Below are positions 41,299 to 54,400 of a stretch of DNA of 64,000 nucleotides, in pieces. Position 1 is the first letter of the stretch. Each line of letters starts with the position of its first letter. Source of the DNA: Trichoplax adhaerens (Eukaryota; Animalia; Placozoa). A program made the translations under genes and the position numbers. The notes under the pieces are model-generated. The model had not been told where the DNA came from. It did no database searches and was given only the letters and a program-made list of their open reading frames with translations. The stretch spans positions 1,292,452 through 1,356,451 of the forward strand of contig NW_002060952.1 of assembly GCF_000150275.1 (NCBI RefSeq), read 5' to 3'.

Positions 41299-43393
41299 TC
41301 ATCATCATAATATTATAGTTCTGCTGATTATTAATATTACTGTATTAAAGAGTGAACTATGGTACAGAAATACATGTTTTATATATTTTGTGATAGATGT
41401 CATGAAATGCTTTATCAACTTCTATATTCCTCCATAGAATAGAACACGCAATGTACGATACGATGGATTAAAATTGGGACTAAAATGTGGAATTTAAATC
41501 TATGCTTCAGTTGAGTCGATAATAAAGACGAGAATTTTGCCTCTGCTGCAATGATTTCACTCAATAAATTAAGAGACTGATCGATACCCTAGAAGTGCAG
41601 CGGTTGCAGTTAATTACGGTAATAATGTGTGTTGAAAGTCTTACAATAATTTTAAAATAAGTTTTGTGCAAATTATTTGGTCTGCTACCCTTGATAAAGT
41701 AAATGTGGATAATGGCTGGTAAAAAGAGACTGTATTTTAGTAGCTCAAATTTCGAGTGAGTGGGTTGCAAACCTAAGAAATTTTGTTAATACCCATTCAC
41801 TATCGTGTGCCTTCTTTAAACGCTACAAGCACTACCTATGTATAGTCAAAATTGATATTTTCTTACGTAGCTTACTATAAGCAATGAAAATAAGTATTTC
41901 AATATAAGAAAATATCAACATCGATACCCCAGTCGAAGCAATAATAATACAAGAAGAAAGAAGCAAGGTTAATTAAACTCATGATGACACAAACGAGAAT
42001 CATTGACCCCAGACCGGTAACGCCCATACTTATAATTTTAAGAAAACAGGAAGTGCATCCTTATTCGATATACACGAAAATAGTTTAATTAAAGTAGACT
42101 GTAACATGGTACTTACAGATGTAAATGTCATTCACTTATTTTAAACCAATTTAGTGGAGATTAATTAGTACCTTATTATTCCAATAATATTTAGGGATAT
42201 CAGACTTATATTAATTTCTATCGTATCTGATCTTGAAATACAGAAAGTGCTATAAAACGGATTCAGATTCGTTTCAGTTAGGTAATTAATTACTAATGTA
42301 TTATTGGAAGTAGTTACCTTGTGTAGCAATGATATTCTATGTATGTAAGAATGGCACCCGCATATAAAGAGTAGATTCATGGTCCTCTTACTTTCTTAAT
42401 CACGTTGGGTATCTGTCCGTTCTCTGATGCTTCATATTCAGAATAGGATTGGAACTTTTCTTTGCCGTACTTGCCAGGCAATCGTAAGACTAGACAGTAG
42501 TCGCAGTTGAGGATTCTCGTCTTTAACCCTATCTCAATCTATCCCAAGACCATCATGGTCAGATAGGTAGCAATATTGATAGCTAAGGTGTCATACTGCA
42601 CTTTCTCACTCTGTTGTACCATATATATCTTTAATTCAGTTACTATATTAAGAGGAATCAGATAAAGTTTAAATGTAAGTCTTAAAATTGAAGATAATTA
42701 GTTTGATATATCAATTTATCGTAAGGTCATAATTAAAAAAATAGAGTTCTTTAATTTAATTCCTTTCCTTCCTTGGTTTTGGTTGTCTAAATTATAAAAA
42801 ATTCATAAATTATGAAGACTGATACATTTCTTTTTATTCTAAATATTCTTTTTAGAGAGTATTGGAGTAGGCGTAACTAAGAATCAGTTTACTTGCACAC
42901 AATTAGACGAAATTGAATGATTTAAACGCTATGATAGCGTGGCAAAAGTAGAGAATTCTCGTTTATTAATTCAAAATTTTACAATTTATTATTCAATCCA
43001 ATATTAAGGTGATGAAAATATTGCAACATGGTCACGGCTCAATTTCTTCCTTATTGACTGAAGTTATTTTGATGGTGATGTTGTTTTAGCCTAAGAAGAG
43101 AATTCGTTTGTTTAAAGTGACTAAATTAGACAAAATCTACTGTAAATCGGTTAAGCATTCGGTCTATCGTGACTGCTCTCAAAATTTAGAAACAAAATTA
43201 TCTGATTAATCTTTTATTATCTCACATGGGCTAAAGTAGGAACGATAAGGGATCAAGAACGCTTATCGATAGGATATTTTCTCACTCCATTTTAAATTAG
43301 GATATTTCACTGAATGTAAGTGAGATTTTTACTTACTGAAAATAAGTTCATCAATATTGACTCGATGACTTTCCGTTGTTTATCATAATAAGG

Positions 43394-43943
43394 TGTGATA
43401 TATACCAATCACGAAATTCCAAATTTTAGAAAAATAAGGGCTTTATTCAATCTTATACAAAGATTAACTACACAGCTCTACTCTAGCCGAATACTACTTC
43501 TAAAGACTTCTACAACGAACTAACAGAATAATCTAAAGTTGCATGCTTTTATACTTTCCGTAGCATTCGCAGCTACAATCCGCATGGCAACCTTTTACCT
43601 TATTTTACACATAGTTAAATTATTCTTAGTAAGACTATTCTACTGCGGACCATCATTAATCCAATATGGATACGACTACAGTACTTACGTAGACATTATT
43701 CACACCAGCCAAAGTACAATGAATTAACCATATCCTAATATATGATTTACAGTTCTATTTTTACCTACAGCCATATTAGTAACTCAACAGCTTACTGTAT
43801 ATAGTCATCTGTACTCTAGCATAGAGTCTCTACCACTACAGTCTATAGTTACAGCTACCAAATATCTCTTAGGATAAATATCTACCGTACATTATACTAC
43901 ACATGGCTAACAGTCTACAATCACAATACTAAGTTACATTACA
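43394..43943 (-). mobile_element. Solo LTR, family A, second copy (550 bp, inverted)
   Basis: Reverse complement of 7417-7968 with about 11 substitutions and one 2-bp indel counted by eye. Flanks TAAGG/TATGG give a 4/5 TSD. Confidence 0.92.
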
Positions 43944-45278
43944 TATGGCTATCAATGAAATCTAGAAATACAAATTGTAATACTCTTTGCTACGGTATCT
44001 CATGCAGTCTATTATCTATACAATTTAAGATCGAATAATCGTCATAGCCAAAGATACTTTTCTATTCTATTTTATTGATCGAGATGGTGTATGCTAGGTA
44101 TAACCGAAATACACAATATGGCTTGCTTAAAGATGATCCGATAAAATCAAATGTAAGTAGACTATCCGTTGATATTATAGTAAGTGAGCAAATAAACAAA
44201 TTAGAATTATGAAGGAAAAATTAGTTATCTATGAACAGTAATATTACGTCTACTGAATTATTTTACCCTGCCTCCATATTCTGATCATATTGATAAAGTA
44301 TCACTTGTAATTTATTAGAAAAATACAATTGGAGACAGGGAAAGTTGAAATCGTTTACATATAATAATAATGTCGAAGCGATAGATAGATTTAGCTGTTG
44401 ATATAGATACAGATATGAATAAAGTAGATAAATGGAGCGGTGGAGTAATGTCAGTTATTAGATTATTATCAGTCGCAGTCATAATAATATTATGATTTAA
44501 ATCGGTGTCGATATTTGTTTAATTAAGTGATTATTGGATGATAATTAACTACCTTATGATTACATATATACTGTACAGACTAGTTATTAGACATGCTGTA
44601 GTCTGAAGAACATCCATAATCTATTATTGCTATCCCATGTGTCACGGCGTCGTTATTTTTGATACTGACAGTTTTAGACTTAGATTTGCTAATATAATAA
44701 AATAAGTATGCAAATTAGGATAACTGAAAGAAGATAATTTCTAGATATAGGATATAAAACTACCCAGTAATAACTCAAAAACATCTACGGTACGCGATAA
44801 ATCGACTGTCATGTCGAGCAATCGACTTGACATTCCAATCTTATTATTATTTCATTTAAATATCGATTACCCCAGTGTTATTGCCGTATATCCTAAATAA
44901 AGCGCCCATCTTATTTTTTTATCTTATGCAATAATTAAAACAAAATTTCTTATGCATCACTTACAATATCAATAAATTACGTAACAGTATCGATAAGGTT
45001 ACAGTTCAAAAATTAAAACGATTCAAAATTATGACTAGTCGTTGAACAGCGGTAGCTCAAATAATTGCATAAATAGTTATAAGTTAAAAAATGTAGACCG
45101 TATCGTCTGAAAAGACAACGTTAGCCTCAATTATCATATAATCAAGATGATGATGGCATTTGTTATGATATAACAGGATGAAAATCTTACATAGTTGCCA
45201 CATTTTGCTGTCACATAATTTATTATTGTTTATTTTGATGGGGATTTTCCGTCTTGTTTTTGTTATTCCATATAAATA

Positions 45279-45857
45279 TCATGTTCTATTCCATTTATGG
45301 ATGACGCCATCCATTCGATTTTGTAATTTAGTTGCTTTCGTATCGAACTTATCGCCGGTGTAGAAATGTCTTCTTGCCGAATAATTTTGAAAATCGGCAT
45401 CCGTCATCGTCATTCCAAAGAAATGGCGTAGTTGATGGTGATAAAAGGCTTGATCACGTTTCAACAATTCAAGACAGCTTCCAATCAATTGTTCAAATTG
45501 GTTAACGTTTAATCTTGCACATATTACTTCACCAACAGCTGTAGCAGTAAAAGAAAACGGCAACTGAGTCAATAAAATTTGCTCATTAATGACATCATTT
45601 TCATAGTAGCGTTTACAGTAGTGAAGATTGCCATGCTTTTGCTGTTTATCATGCGCGGAGGCTAACACATATCCACGTAATATGCAGTAGACGTAATCAA
45701 CCCTATCACCTTGTTCAATAATAATCTCTTTATTATTAAAATAGCATATATCCAATAATTCAGCTGCTTGATCGATCTCGTTATCGGTTAATGTTGCTAG
45801 AAGTGGAATTCTGCTGATCACTGTTCGTTTCTGATTGATGGTCCACAGCAGATCGTG
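45279..45857 (-). CDS. Intact terminal exon encoding a PKA RII-like cyclic-nucleotide-binding domain B with a degenerate phosphate-binding cassette
   Basis: IPLLATL...EIIIEQGDRVDYVYCILRG...ATAVGEVICARLNVNQFEQLIGSCLELLKRDQAFYHHQLRHFFG parallels RII VPLLKSL...IITQGEKADSFYIIESG...[44 protein letters not shown]. Phase-0 acceptor CTAATGCTTTGAATAG at 45858. Confidence 0.85.
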   Translation of the reverse strand, partial: HDLLWTINQKRTVISRIPLLATLTDNEIDQAAELLDICYFNNKEIIIEQGDRVDYVYCILRGYVLASAHDKQQKHGNLHYCKRYYENDVINEQILLTQLPFSFTATAVGEVICARLNVNQFEQLIGSCLELLKRDQAFYHHQLRHFFGMTMTDADFQNYSARRHFYTGDKFDTKATKLQNRMDGVIHKWNRT

Positions 45858-47828
45858 CTATTCAAAGCATTAGAAGAAATCATTCTGTGTCAATAACATA
45901 GCATATTAAGAGATTTTCTGTTGACTTTTTACTAAGATATCACTAGCTGCTGAATCATTTTATAGAAACCACAATAGAATTAGCACAAAAGGCATCTCCT
46001 CTACGGATATAAGTCAGATAGGTTCAGTATGCTTTATAGCATTGGCAAAAATCAGTCTAAATTAATAATTAATTACTATCAAAATGAACTTCTTGATCGT
46101 AATCGAGCATATTCGTACTAATAATAACCTAAAATATTCAAAATAATTGGTGATAATCTATGTCAATAGCCTGTACTTCTCTTTTATCCAAATAAAGCTC
46201 AAGCTACGTAAAGGAGTTCGCAATTTTTTAAATCAATTTCTCCACGATAGTGCCATTGTCAAAACGAAATGCAATTCGATACAGTCTCGATCCCAAAATT
46301 ACCCATGTGAAGTTTTTAGGGGCTAGAATTAAACTATATTGTGTTACTGTTTGCCTCTGTTCAAACAATAAGAGTTTATGCTGTTATGTACACATAGAAT
46401 GAATCCTTGTAAACCGCATTTAGCATCGAGCTCCCTTCTTCAGTCAACATCTAGAACCAATTAGTTACAGCATAGCTCAATTGTGGATTTAATATGAAGT
46501 ACTAAGGAAGTAGGAATAAAGAAATTACAGTCATACTGAGATCATTGGTGTCAAATTAATTTCATGACTGAAATAAAACTCGAATGAAATGATAAATTAT
46601 TGGCACACACAAAAAAGTAAATTTTGATGTAAGGTAACAAGAGAGAGCGATAATCAACGTAAGAAATAAATTTCTATTGAAATTTTGAATATCATATCAT
46701 TTTCAGATCGATTAGTGCTAAAATAAATATAGGTAAATTAATCGGTTTGTAACGGCATTGTAGTTCCCTTTCTGAAATAGTGGAAAATACGTTAATAGTA
46801 AAGAACTGACAGAGTCAAATTAAGATAGTGATTTGAGCTAATGATTGCATGCTGCGCCTTGATACAAAAAGATCTCTTGCGTGCCAGCTATAACGGGATT
46901 ATCGATAATTCTTAACGTAACATGAATAAAAGCATATGGTATCGACATATTTAAGGTATTTTAATCAACACCAAAATTGTTTAAGCATGATAACAATAAT
47001 TAATGGAAGTACTAATACCTGAAAAAAGCATAGCCAATAACCTAGCTATTAACGCACTGTACAGTTTATTCATAATTAAGAATAACGTAACTTTGTCAAC
47101 CTACTAAGCACTGCTGTGTAGAAAAATAAAATTTATCGATTTGGTGAAAGTCTAACTCAACTACTAAGCTAATGGAAGGGATAAATAATAGTTTGAAAAG
47201 ATGTAAAAATGAAAACCAAATCTAAATATAAGGAATAGCTATTACGGTACACTATAACGAAAGTTAAAATTTTATGTTATATCTATCGATATTGTAATTA
47301 AAATACCATTTCGGATTCGATTTGAGGAATAGTCGAAGAAGTGATCAATATTGTTAACATTGATAGGTTACAATGTAATAATATCTTGATCAGTGTAACT
47401 TGAAAATAGATGCCTTATCTTATAAGGCTGGAATACAGTTTACTAAATTTGTTCGAGCTAGATGGATTCGATGGCAAAGCAAATTTGAACGATTTTTTAT
47501 GATAGAAAAATTACAATCATAGACTAATTGAAACATCTGTGATGGGAAAAGTAAACTAACTACTATTAAAAATCAAAGATAATGGATATTAGAAGAAAAT
47601 ACCAATGGAGTCGTATCGCTTTTAATACCAGAATATCATTTCTTTCCCATTGTCAACTATTCATGGCAGTTAATTTTATATACTCGTATAATAACGAAAA
47701 CGCAGCGCAATATGGTTAAATATTGTGCTGCCTATTCAGTTAACATTGTCGTCATCCCTGCCCTATTAATAGTGTTTCCTTATTTGTTTTATTTTTATTG
47801 GCTGCCTATTATATCACAGTTTCTATTC

Positions 47829-47941
47829 NNNNNNNNNNNNNNNNNNNNNNNNNNNNNNNNNNNNNNNNNNNNNNNNNNNNNNNNNNNNNNNNNNNNNNNN
47901 NNNNNNNNNNNNNNNNNNNNNNNNNNNNNNNNNNNNNNNNN
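47829..47941. other. Assembly gap (113 N)
   Basis: Run of N. Confidence 1.
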
Positions 47942-50900
47942 TTATTTGATATAACCCGGTTTCCGTATCACAGAAAAGGGTGATTACTACTTCTTTGATT
48001 TCAAGTTTTCTAAAATAACCAATCCCTGGAATGCATACTATATTGTCTCGAACAGAATATTGAATGGCAGAAAACTAATACAAGATCCTATTCGTATCGT
48101 CATCATTCCCACTTGAAATTGGTTCATTAAAATATTGGCTACATATTTTCGACAAATAAAGAATACTTTTGTCCGTTTTTCCATTCAACTCTTATTGCTT
48201 TAATAGTACGAAACATGATGATATGTAATTACATTAAAATGTGTTAGTAAATTGATTAGCTACTAAATCTTAGACAATATTTAGAACTGAAGACATTTCC
48301 CAATCTAACTTCACAGCGTTACTACAATGCCTTAATTGACGGTGAAGACCTTAACTTATGCTAGATCTCACTGACATAAAATATCGACTCTTTTATGAAA
48401 TGGTATATTACAGTTTAATCCTACTGATGCCTAGCGGTGATCTATATTTTTAAAGAAATCCCCGAAATATAATTTGAAAGAATACATCAAATATATTGAT
48501 ATTGATTACCCGCAACGCTTGTCATTTATGTAATAAAAATTGTACCCAAAATCAAGGGAGCTATATCTGCCGCAGTTAATAAAAATACGATAATTAATCA
48601 GCACTGCAGCGTGATTGAATCAGCTTTAATATTTATAAATTTTGTTGGTATCATTCTTTCCAATTTTCTTCTGGCCGTTCATAAAGCTAAATAACTGACT
48701 AACAGAAGTATCAGATAAAGTATTATTACTCATAACGAAAGTACAGTCTAACCCTTACTTATTTTCGTTCTTTCCAAACAGCAACTATTGCTATCGCATA
48801 TATATAATTAGAAAATAATAAAAGTGAAAGAAAGCAACCAATCTCTATCCCATTATGATTATAGTCTGCATGGAAGGAATAATTCTTACTTGAACAATAT
48901 CCAATTCTAAAATGAAACTAAAGTAAATATTTCTTCATTTATATCGCCATGTCTATAGTTCTATTTCCTTTTATTATTGAACTTATTGGATATGATCAGG
49001 ATAAATAATTTCATATTTTATAAAACGAGAAATTTATACAATAGTTTATATTTTATATTGTTCAATATCATCTGATCTAACATCTTATGACGTAGCGTAA
49101 CTCATTTTTTTTTTAAGGATTTTACGTCGGTTACGAATATTATTCTAATGTTTACAGCCATCAATAAGTTTCTTAAAATTGACCTTCTACTTTAATTCGA
49201 TCATATTTCGGCCCTAATTTGTAATCTAGAGCTAAATATCGTGTGCCTAAAACTATTACATTGGCCGTTGCTATATGACCTTTATTTCCTTCATAGATAT
49301 CGTATTTCTGGTATTGTGGAAGACTAGATGATATGCAATCTAGTGGAGGCCTAGAAAATTGCATTTTAGGTAGGTAGGAGACAAAATATCTTAGTCTAGC
49401 TAAGGATTCTTTAAGGTAGCCATTTTTAGGATCTTACGTTAATTAGTATATTTTACAGTCTTTATATCCAATAATCATAGATCTTATATTATCATTAAAG
49501 GATACTGCAATGGTAGATTGAAATGATAGATTTACATTAAGTCAATCTATCGGCGGTCTAAAATAACGGCGTAGTTTATTATGAACTTTTATGTATGATA
49601 TTGCGGGATACCAATAAAGTATAGCAATGATATAGGATCTACCTACCTACCAACGAAGTTCAATATTATTACGATACTCTGAGAAGATTATTATAAATTG
49701 CTGCGGTAAACGTAACATTTTAAAATTATTAACTATCCCATATTTCGCGAATATAACATCGATTACGACATAAACTGTCTCATCATTTTATCCTTCTGAA
49801 AGTTCACCATAACATTTCGTAATTGATTTATAACGGATTAATTAAATTGCAACTAATATCGGATAATAGCAAGAACTAACTAAGTCTATTTGAAATCGAA
49901 GACTATAGGTGTGTTACTTTTGAGTCAGTACAGCGGATGTAATGGATTTATCCCAGCACTGGAACGACATTTTCTATCATTTACAAAATTACTTCTACTT
50001 TTTACCCCAGTTGATACAAGTAGACATCTGATAAAATTACTTCAGATGATGGTTTATAATTAATAATCACCCTTCGTGCCATCAAGTTCTAGTATATTGA
50101 ATGCATCATCAAAGGATGAGTTCATTTCTTTTACTATCTTTAAAAATGGATAATAAATTACTATTATCACTAACAACTGCTCTGATCGTATAAATGATAC
50201 TGGATTTGTCTTGATTAATTTTATCGTCCAGGTTGGTAACGTAAGCCTCTTTTGTGTAATCTAGACAGCTTTTTAAGCTTATTAAATACGTTAGTATTTG
50301 GCTACGTGATTACAATTCCTTCTATTACCATTTAGGTAATTACCATCCTGACAATCTGTTCTTAGTGATGGAATTATGATTGCAATGCTCAATTATCTAA
50401 AGTAATTTATTTTGATTAGATAAAGACATGGAATTGATATCGTAGTCAGCTAGCTATCGTATCCGAAAGATTCCTAATAAAAATTGATTTCATATGGTAT
50501 TAATTACCGCCGTAAGGGTGCATCAATTTCCAGTTTAAATACCCAATGTGAAAATTTATATAAAACTATTCGGATAGAATAATTCTCATTTATCCTCCTG
50601 AAAAGAACTGTATAGTTCAGAAGGAAAGATTGAGATACGATTGTTATACATTAAAAAGAGTGGTATATCTACGTCTTATAACAGGTACTACGTATTTGAC
50701 TGAGAAATTTTTCAGCAAACACTGAAATGATAGCGTTTAACAAGATAGACAAAGAAAATTTTTTGCATAAGATGGCCAGGAAGGAATAAAGAATCTCTGT
50801 AACTACACCATTTCTCGCAAAATTGCTCTCCTTCGCAATATTTGTTGTGATTATATTACTGGGCTGCCAATATAGGTGTTGAGTCATAAATTAAAAATTA

Positions 50901-51498
50901 TAAAATATAAATAATTGTAGAAAGTAAGGGGTGATTTTTGTATTATTTTCTTATAGGTAAGAAGATACTGTTATTGTTAGAATTTTAAATTATAGGAAAG
51001 AGAGAGAAAAAGGAGTTATTCAATTATAGATGAAAGAGTACTGAATAAAGATTAAAGGATCAAATAACTTTCTATATCATTTTCCTTAAGTTAAAATAAA
51101 GACGACACCGGGGCGTCTTTCTTTTAGATTGACTTAAGTTAGACAACTCGCTCACACCCCTAAAGCTAAAATATTTTTTCAAATGACACTGATCTGTTAG
51201 GAAAAATCTTAAGGAATGATAAAAGCTTTTAATATTCATAGTTTGTTAATTATGCTAATGGTTCGCTAAAAAGTTGACGAAAGACTATTAAACTTCGGAA
51301 GACTTTCTCTAGAAGATAAAACTGCGTCATTTACCCATAATACTATCAGATTATTTTTGAAGTAACTTTACTTTCTTTTCGCTTATTGTCACTTTTAGTT
51401 TAATAGAATATAACCCTTATCCGGTACTTATATGATCAGATATTTGTGCGCTTATCTTAGTTAATTATTTAAATATCCATGTTTGAATTTGAACTTAC

Positions 51499-51597
51499 CT
51501 GAGTAACTGCAACGGAAAATGAATCGCTTCTAATTCTATCGAATCGCTGTTCAGTACGTGATCGACTATTAGTTTGTATTAAACTGTTGGATGCCAT
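51499..51597 (-). CDS. Probable first coding exon (33 aa) of the minus-strand PKA-R-like locus
   Basis: ACAATC-ATG-G start context, MASNSLIQTNSRSRTEQRFDRIRSDSFSVAVTQ, consensus donor CAG|GTAAGT. Phase 0 matches the downstream exons. Confidence 0.6.
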
Positions 51598-52158
51598 GAT
51601 TGTCCAATTTGATTTATTTGACCTTGTAACTTAATAACTGTCCTTATAGTAACGAAAATATTCCAGGAAAAGCTTTCGTTCAAGGAATTTTGTCGATTGT
51701 CGAGATGGAATGAGGGCGATATTTTTGTTCAATGTTGTAACGTAAATCGTTGAACGTTTTCCACTAATACGGAATAAAGGCACGTTTAATATTTAATTCC
51801 AAATGGAGAACCAAATATCGGAAACTAATTTAAAGATACGAATTTGAGCGAAGTTGTATGTAAATAGACAGAAGGAGCAATACTTGTGAAAAACAGGGAT
51901 TTAATTAACAAAAAGAACTGGCTGATCAAGATGACTGCATTGGTGGATTATAGAATTAAATTCTTCAATCATTATTCAATATGAAAAGCAGTCGATTATA
52001 TGGCAATATATTTTAATAAGGAAGAGAAGCGATTAGTAATTCAAGAAGGCTTAAACAATTATTCTAATTGATCCTGTATTTCTTCTTGGTTGCTAACTTG
52101 GAACAGCTGCTATCTGTCATGAAATTGATTGAAAGGAGATTTTTTTAGTTTAGTTACT

Positions 52159-54400
52159 ATGATATCGCACCATATATCAAAAGAATTGGTATTAGAAAAC
52201 CAGATAGTTGATTTTGGTGGAGTCTGTATCCATGTACACTTTTAGTTAACCAATATCGATGAGCCAATTGAAATTGTGGCAGATTTTCTTATGAAATGTC
52301 AGCAACTTGAATTATCAAGGCGACAATCGATAACGTTGAATTGTAGAGAGAATGTTCCAGTTATAATTGTTCTTGTCTTTATTTCGATTGAATACTATAT
52401 CCAAATTTATCTCTGCATCGTTATTGATCATCTGACATTGCCGAATGTTAACAATAAAAATCGTTGGATTTCTTCTAATTAAAAACTGAATTATAATTGC
52501 CGATAGCGAATCGGATAATCTTGATCAAAACATGAAACGAAGATATTAAAAACTAGGATAAATTTAGTCAACACTGTCATCGAATTGAAAATAACATACC
52601 CTAGCAATAGGATTACAACTTCTTGGACTAGTTTGTGCTAACCGATTGAAACAACGATAACTTATCAGAATAGGCAATTTATTACTAAATTAGTAAGATA
52701 TGGTTCGTTATGGTAACAAAAATAGCAGTTATTAGATTGAAGTAAAAACAATAATAAAAGATTTGTTCAACTATTTACGCTTTAAAAAATGATTATCGAC
52801 GTGCTGTTTGTTACAACAGTTGTCTAAAAAGCGTGTAGTTATTATTTCTTTCCTCTATTTTTCTACCTTTTTAACTTGCTGTCTTTGTATAGTTGATTAA
52901 TTGATAAAATCTTAAGGTAGTGTGGATGAAAACGGACTCTATTAATGATAATTCAATAGCTACTCCAGGTAAAAGGCATATCTACGTGCACAAAATGTCA
53001 ACCAGGCACACACTGCATAATGGATTAAATGTCGTGGACACTAATGTATCTATGTAATTATGAACTGGCTGTTCCGTGAATACAAAAATAGACTAATTCG
53101 CCGTTCTGACTTTAAAAACATAGCTCATAATGCAGACAATGTCGTATCCATTATTAGTATAGTAGTGTATTGTGTAGAAGAAGTAATATAACACATTACG
53201 CCAGTAGCTTAAAATTGTCCTTCCGATATAGTTGCAACTCATCAACTCTTAGTATTATTTATCCATAATCATTTTAATTTTACAATCGATGGTTTATGAT
53301 TGCAATTCTTCATTAATTGTCTCTTTCCAATTCTTTAGGCATATTGTTACGCTAATATGATATTAGCCTTATTGATGTAACTATAGCAACTAGGTTGCCA
53401 ATACAGTCCTGTATTGATTACAATAGTTGCATACCACATGAACTAATTAACTAAAGTACCTTCGTTGTGGCTTGTTGACATCGAGTAATTGTTATAGTAA
53501 TTAAATGTTTCACGATGCTTCTATGGGTTCTATGTTTAAGATAGATAAGTTTATACTTTGCTTAGATACAATAGACAATGTATAGATACGATAATTATTT
53601 ATAGGATTGAATAATCGATTAACTATTTGGGTAAAGTACAAAATCATTTCGTTTAGAGACGTCGGATGGCTTTTGATGCTAGTAAATGATGTCACTAAAG
53701 TAATAGTACGTATGTGTGCTAGAATACTGATTAGATTTTAGACAATTTATAATATTAGTCAGTATCGATTTAATTCGGCTATGCTGATAATTATTTTATC
53801 ATTTTGATATCGTGGAGAGGCTAAACAGCTTGATCCTATTTTATCACAACTTTCTTAGCATTTCAATTAGGGTCAATTTATAAAACCTATCGTTATAATT
53901 GCTTGACTATTTTGATTTGGGATTACTGTCATTTGCAACGATTCGATAGACTTTTAATTAAGGAAAGAAGAAGATCATGTAAATGATCCTAAACTATTGA
54001 TCTTACGTTTTAAATAATTTCCTATCGTTTCAGATAACATTGATTTAGTGGATTTGTCTTTTACAGTATTTTGATTGCCTTGATAAAGCATCACTAGAAT
54101 TGACGAGTACCCAAAATTTGGTGTACTTGATATTGAAATATGTGCTAGGCAACTGATGTTGGCGAGCGCCATCCTCATTTGCTTCGTAGCTGTAAATCAG
54201 CTACCATCAGTTTAATGAATGTATCTTACGGTCAATAAATAATAATGAGCTGATACAGCAACCCTATCAGTTAGTAGCCGAAATAATTTTATTGCATTGG
54301 ACATTGCAATAATCCTGCTCACTTGGCACTATTCAATATTTAAATCACATAAACAATTCTATACCTGCATAAACGGGTATATATATGAGATCGCATTACG
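52159..54400 (+). pseudogene. Second PKA regulatory-subunit-like copy, pseudogenised, head-to-head with the first
   Basis: ATG at 52159, in-frame TAG at 52243, D/D-like DEPIEIVADFLMK, and inhibitor-site RRQSI at 52318. CNB-A remnants GYADNYFII and IWD..LQRFDRLLIKERRR lie at ~53770-53980. CNB-B remnants echo the neighbour: LVYLILKYVL (cf. YVYCILRGYVL), ELIQQPYQLVA (cf. ILLTQLPFSFTA), IFKSHKQFY (cf. LLKRDQAFY). Confidence 0.55.

Larger units (their letters stand above)
45279..51597 (-). other. Divergent PKA regulatory subunit (RII-like) locus; CNB-A region apparently decayed
   Basis: First exon 51597-51499 (ATG...CAG|GTAAGT, phase 0). D/D-like exon from 50863 (TEILYSF...FAEKFLSQIR, cf. TELLQGY...FAVEYFTRLR). 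Collinear CNB-A remnants with stops at ~47300-47450 and ~46700-46890. A 57-nt exon 46450-46394 (EGSSMLNAVYKDSFY, cf. LWGIDRDSY) precedes the intact last exon. Internal exon structure is uncertain and spans an assembly gap. Confidence 0.55.

Noticed and set aside
46860-46885. RKRSFC on the minus strand as the RII inhibitor site
   Set aside because: It is out of order with the other remnants; another frame (EIFLYQGAACNH) fits CNB-A collinearly.
50120-50250. SIIYTIRAVVSDNSNLLSIFKD as a phenylalanine hydroxylase ACT-domain fragment
   Set aside because: No HIESRP motif or catalytic domain follows, and it lies within the PKA-R-like locus.
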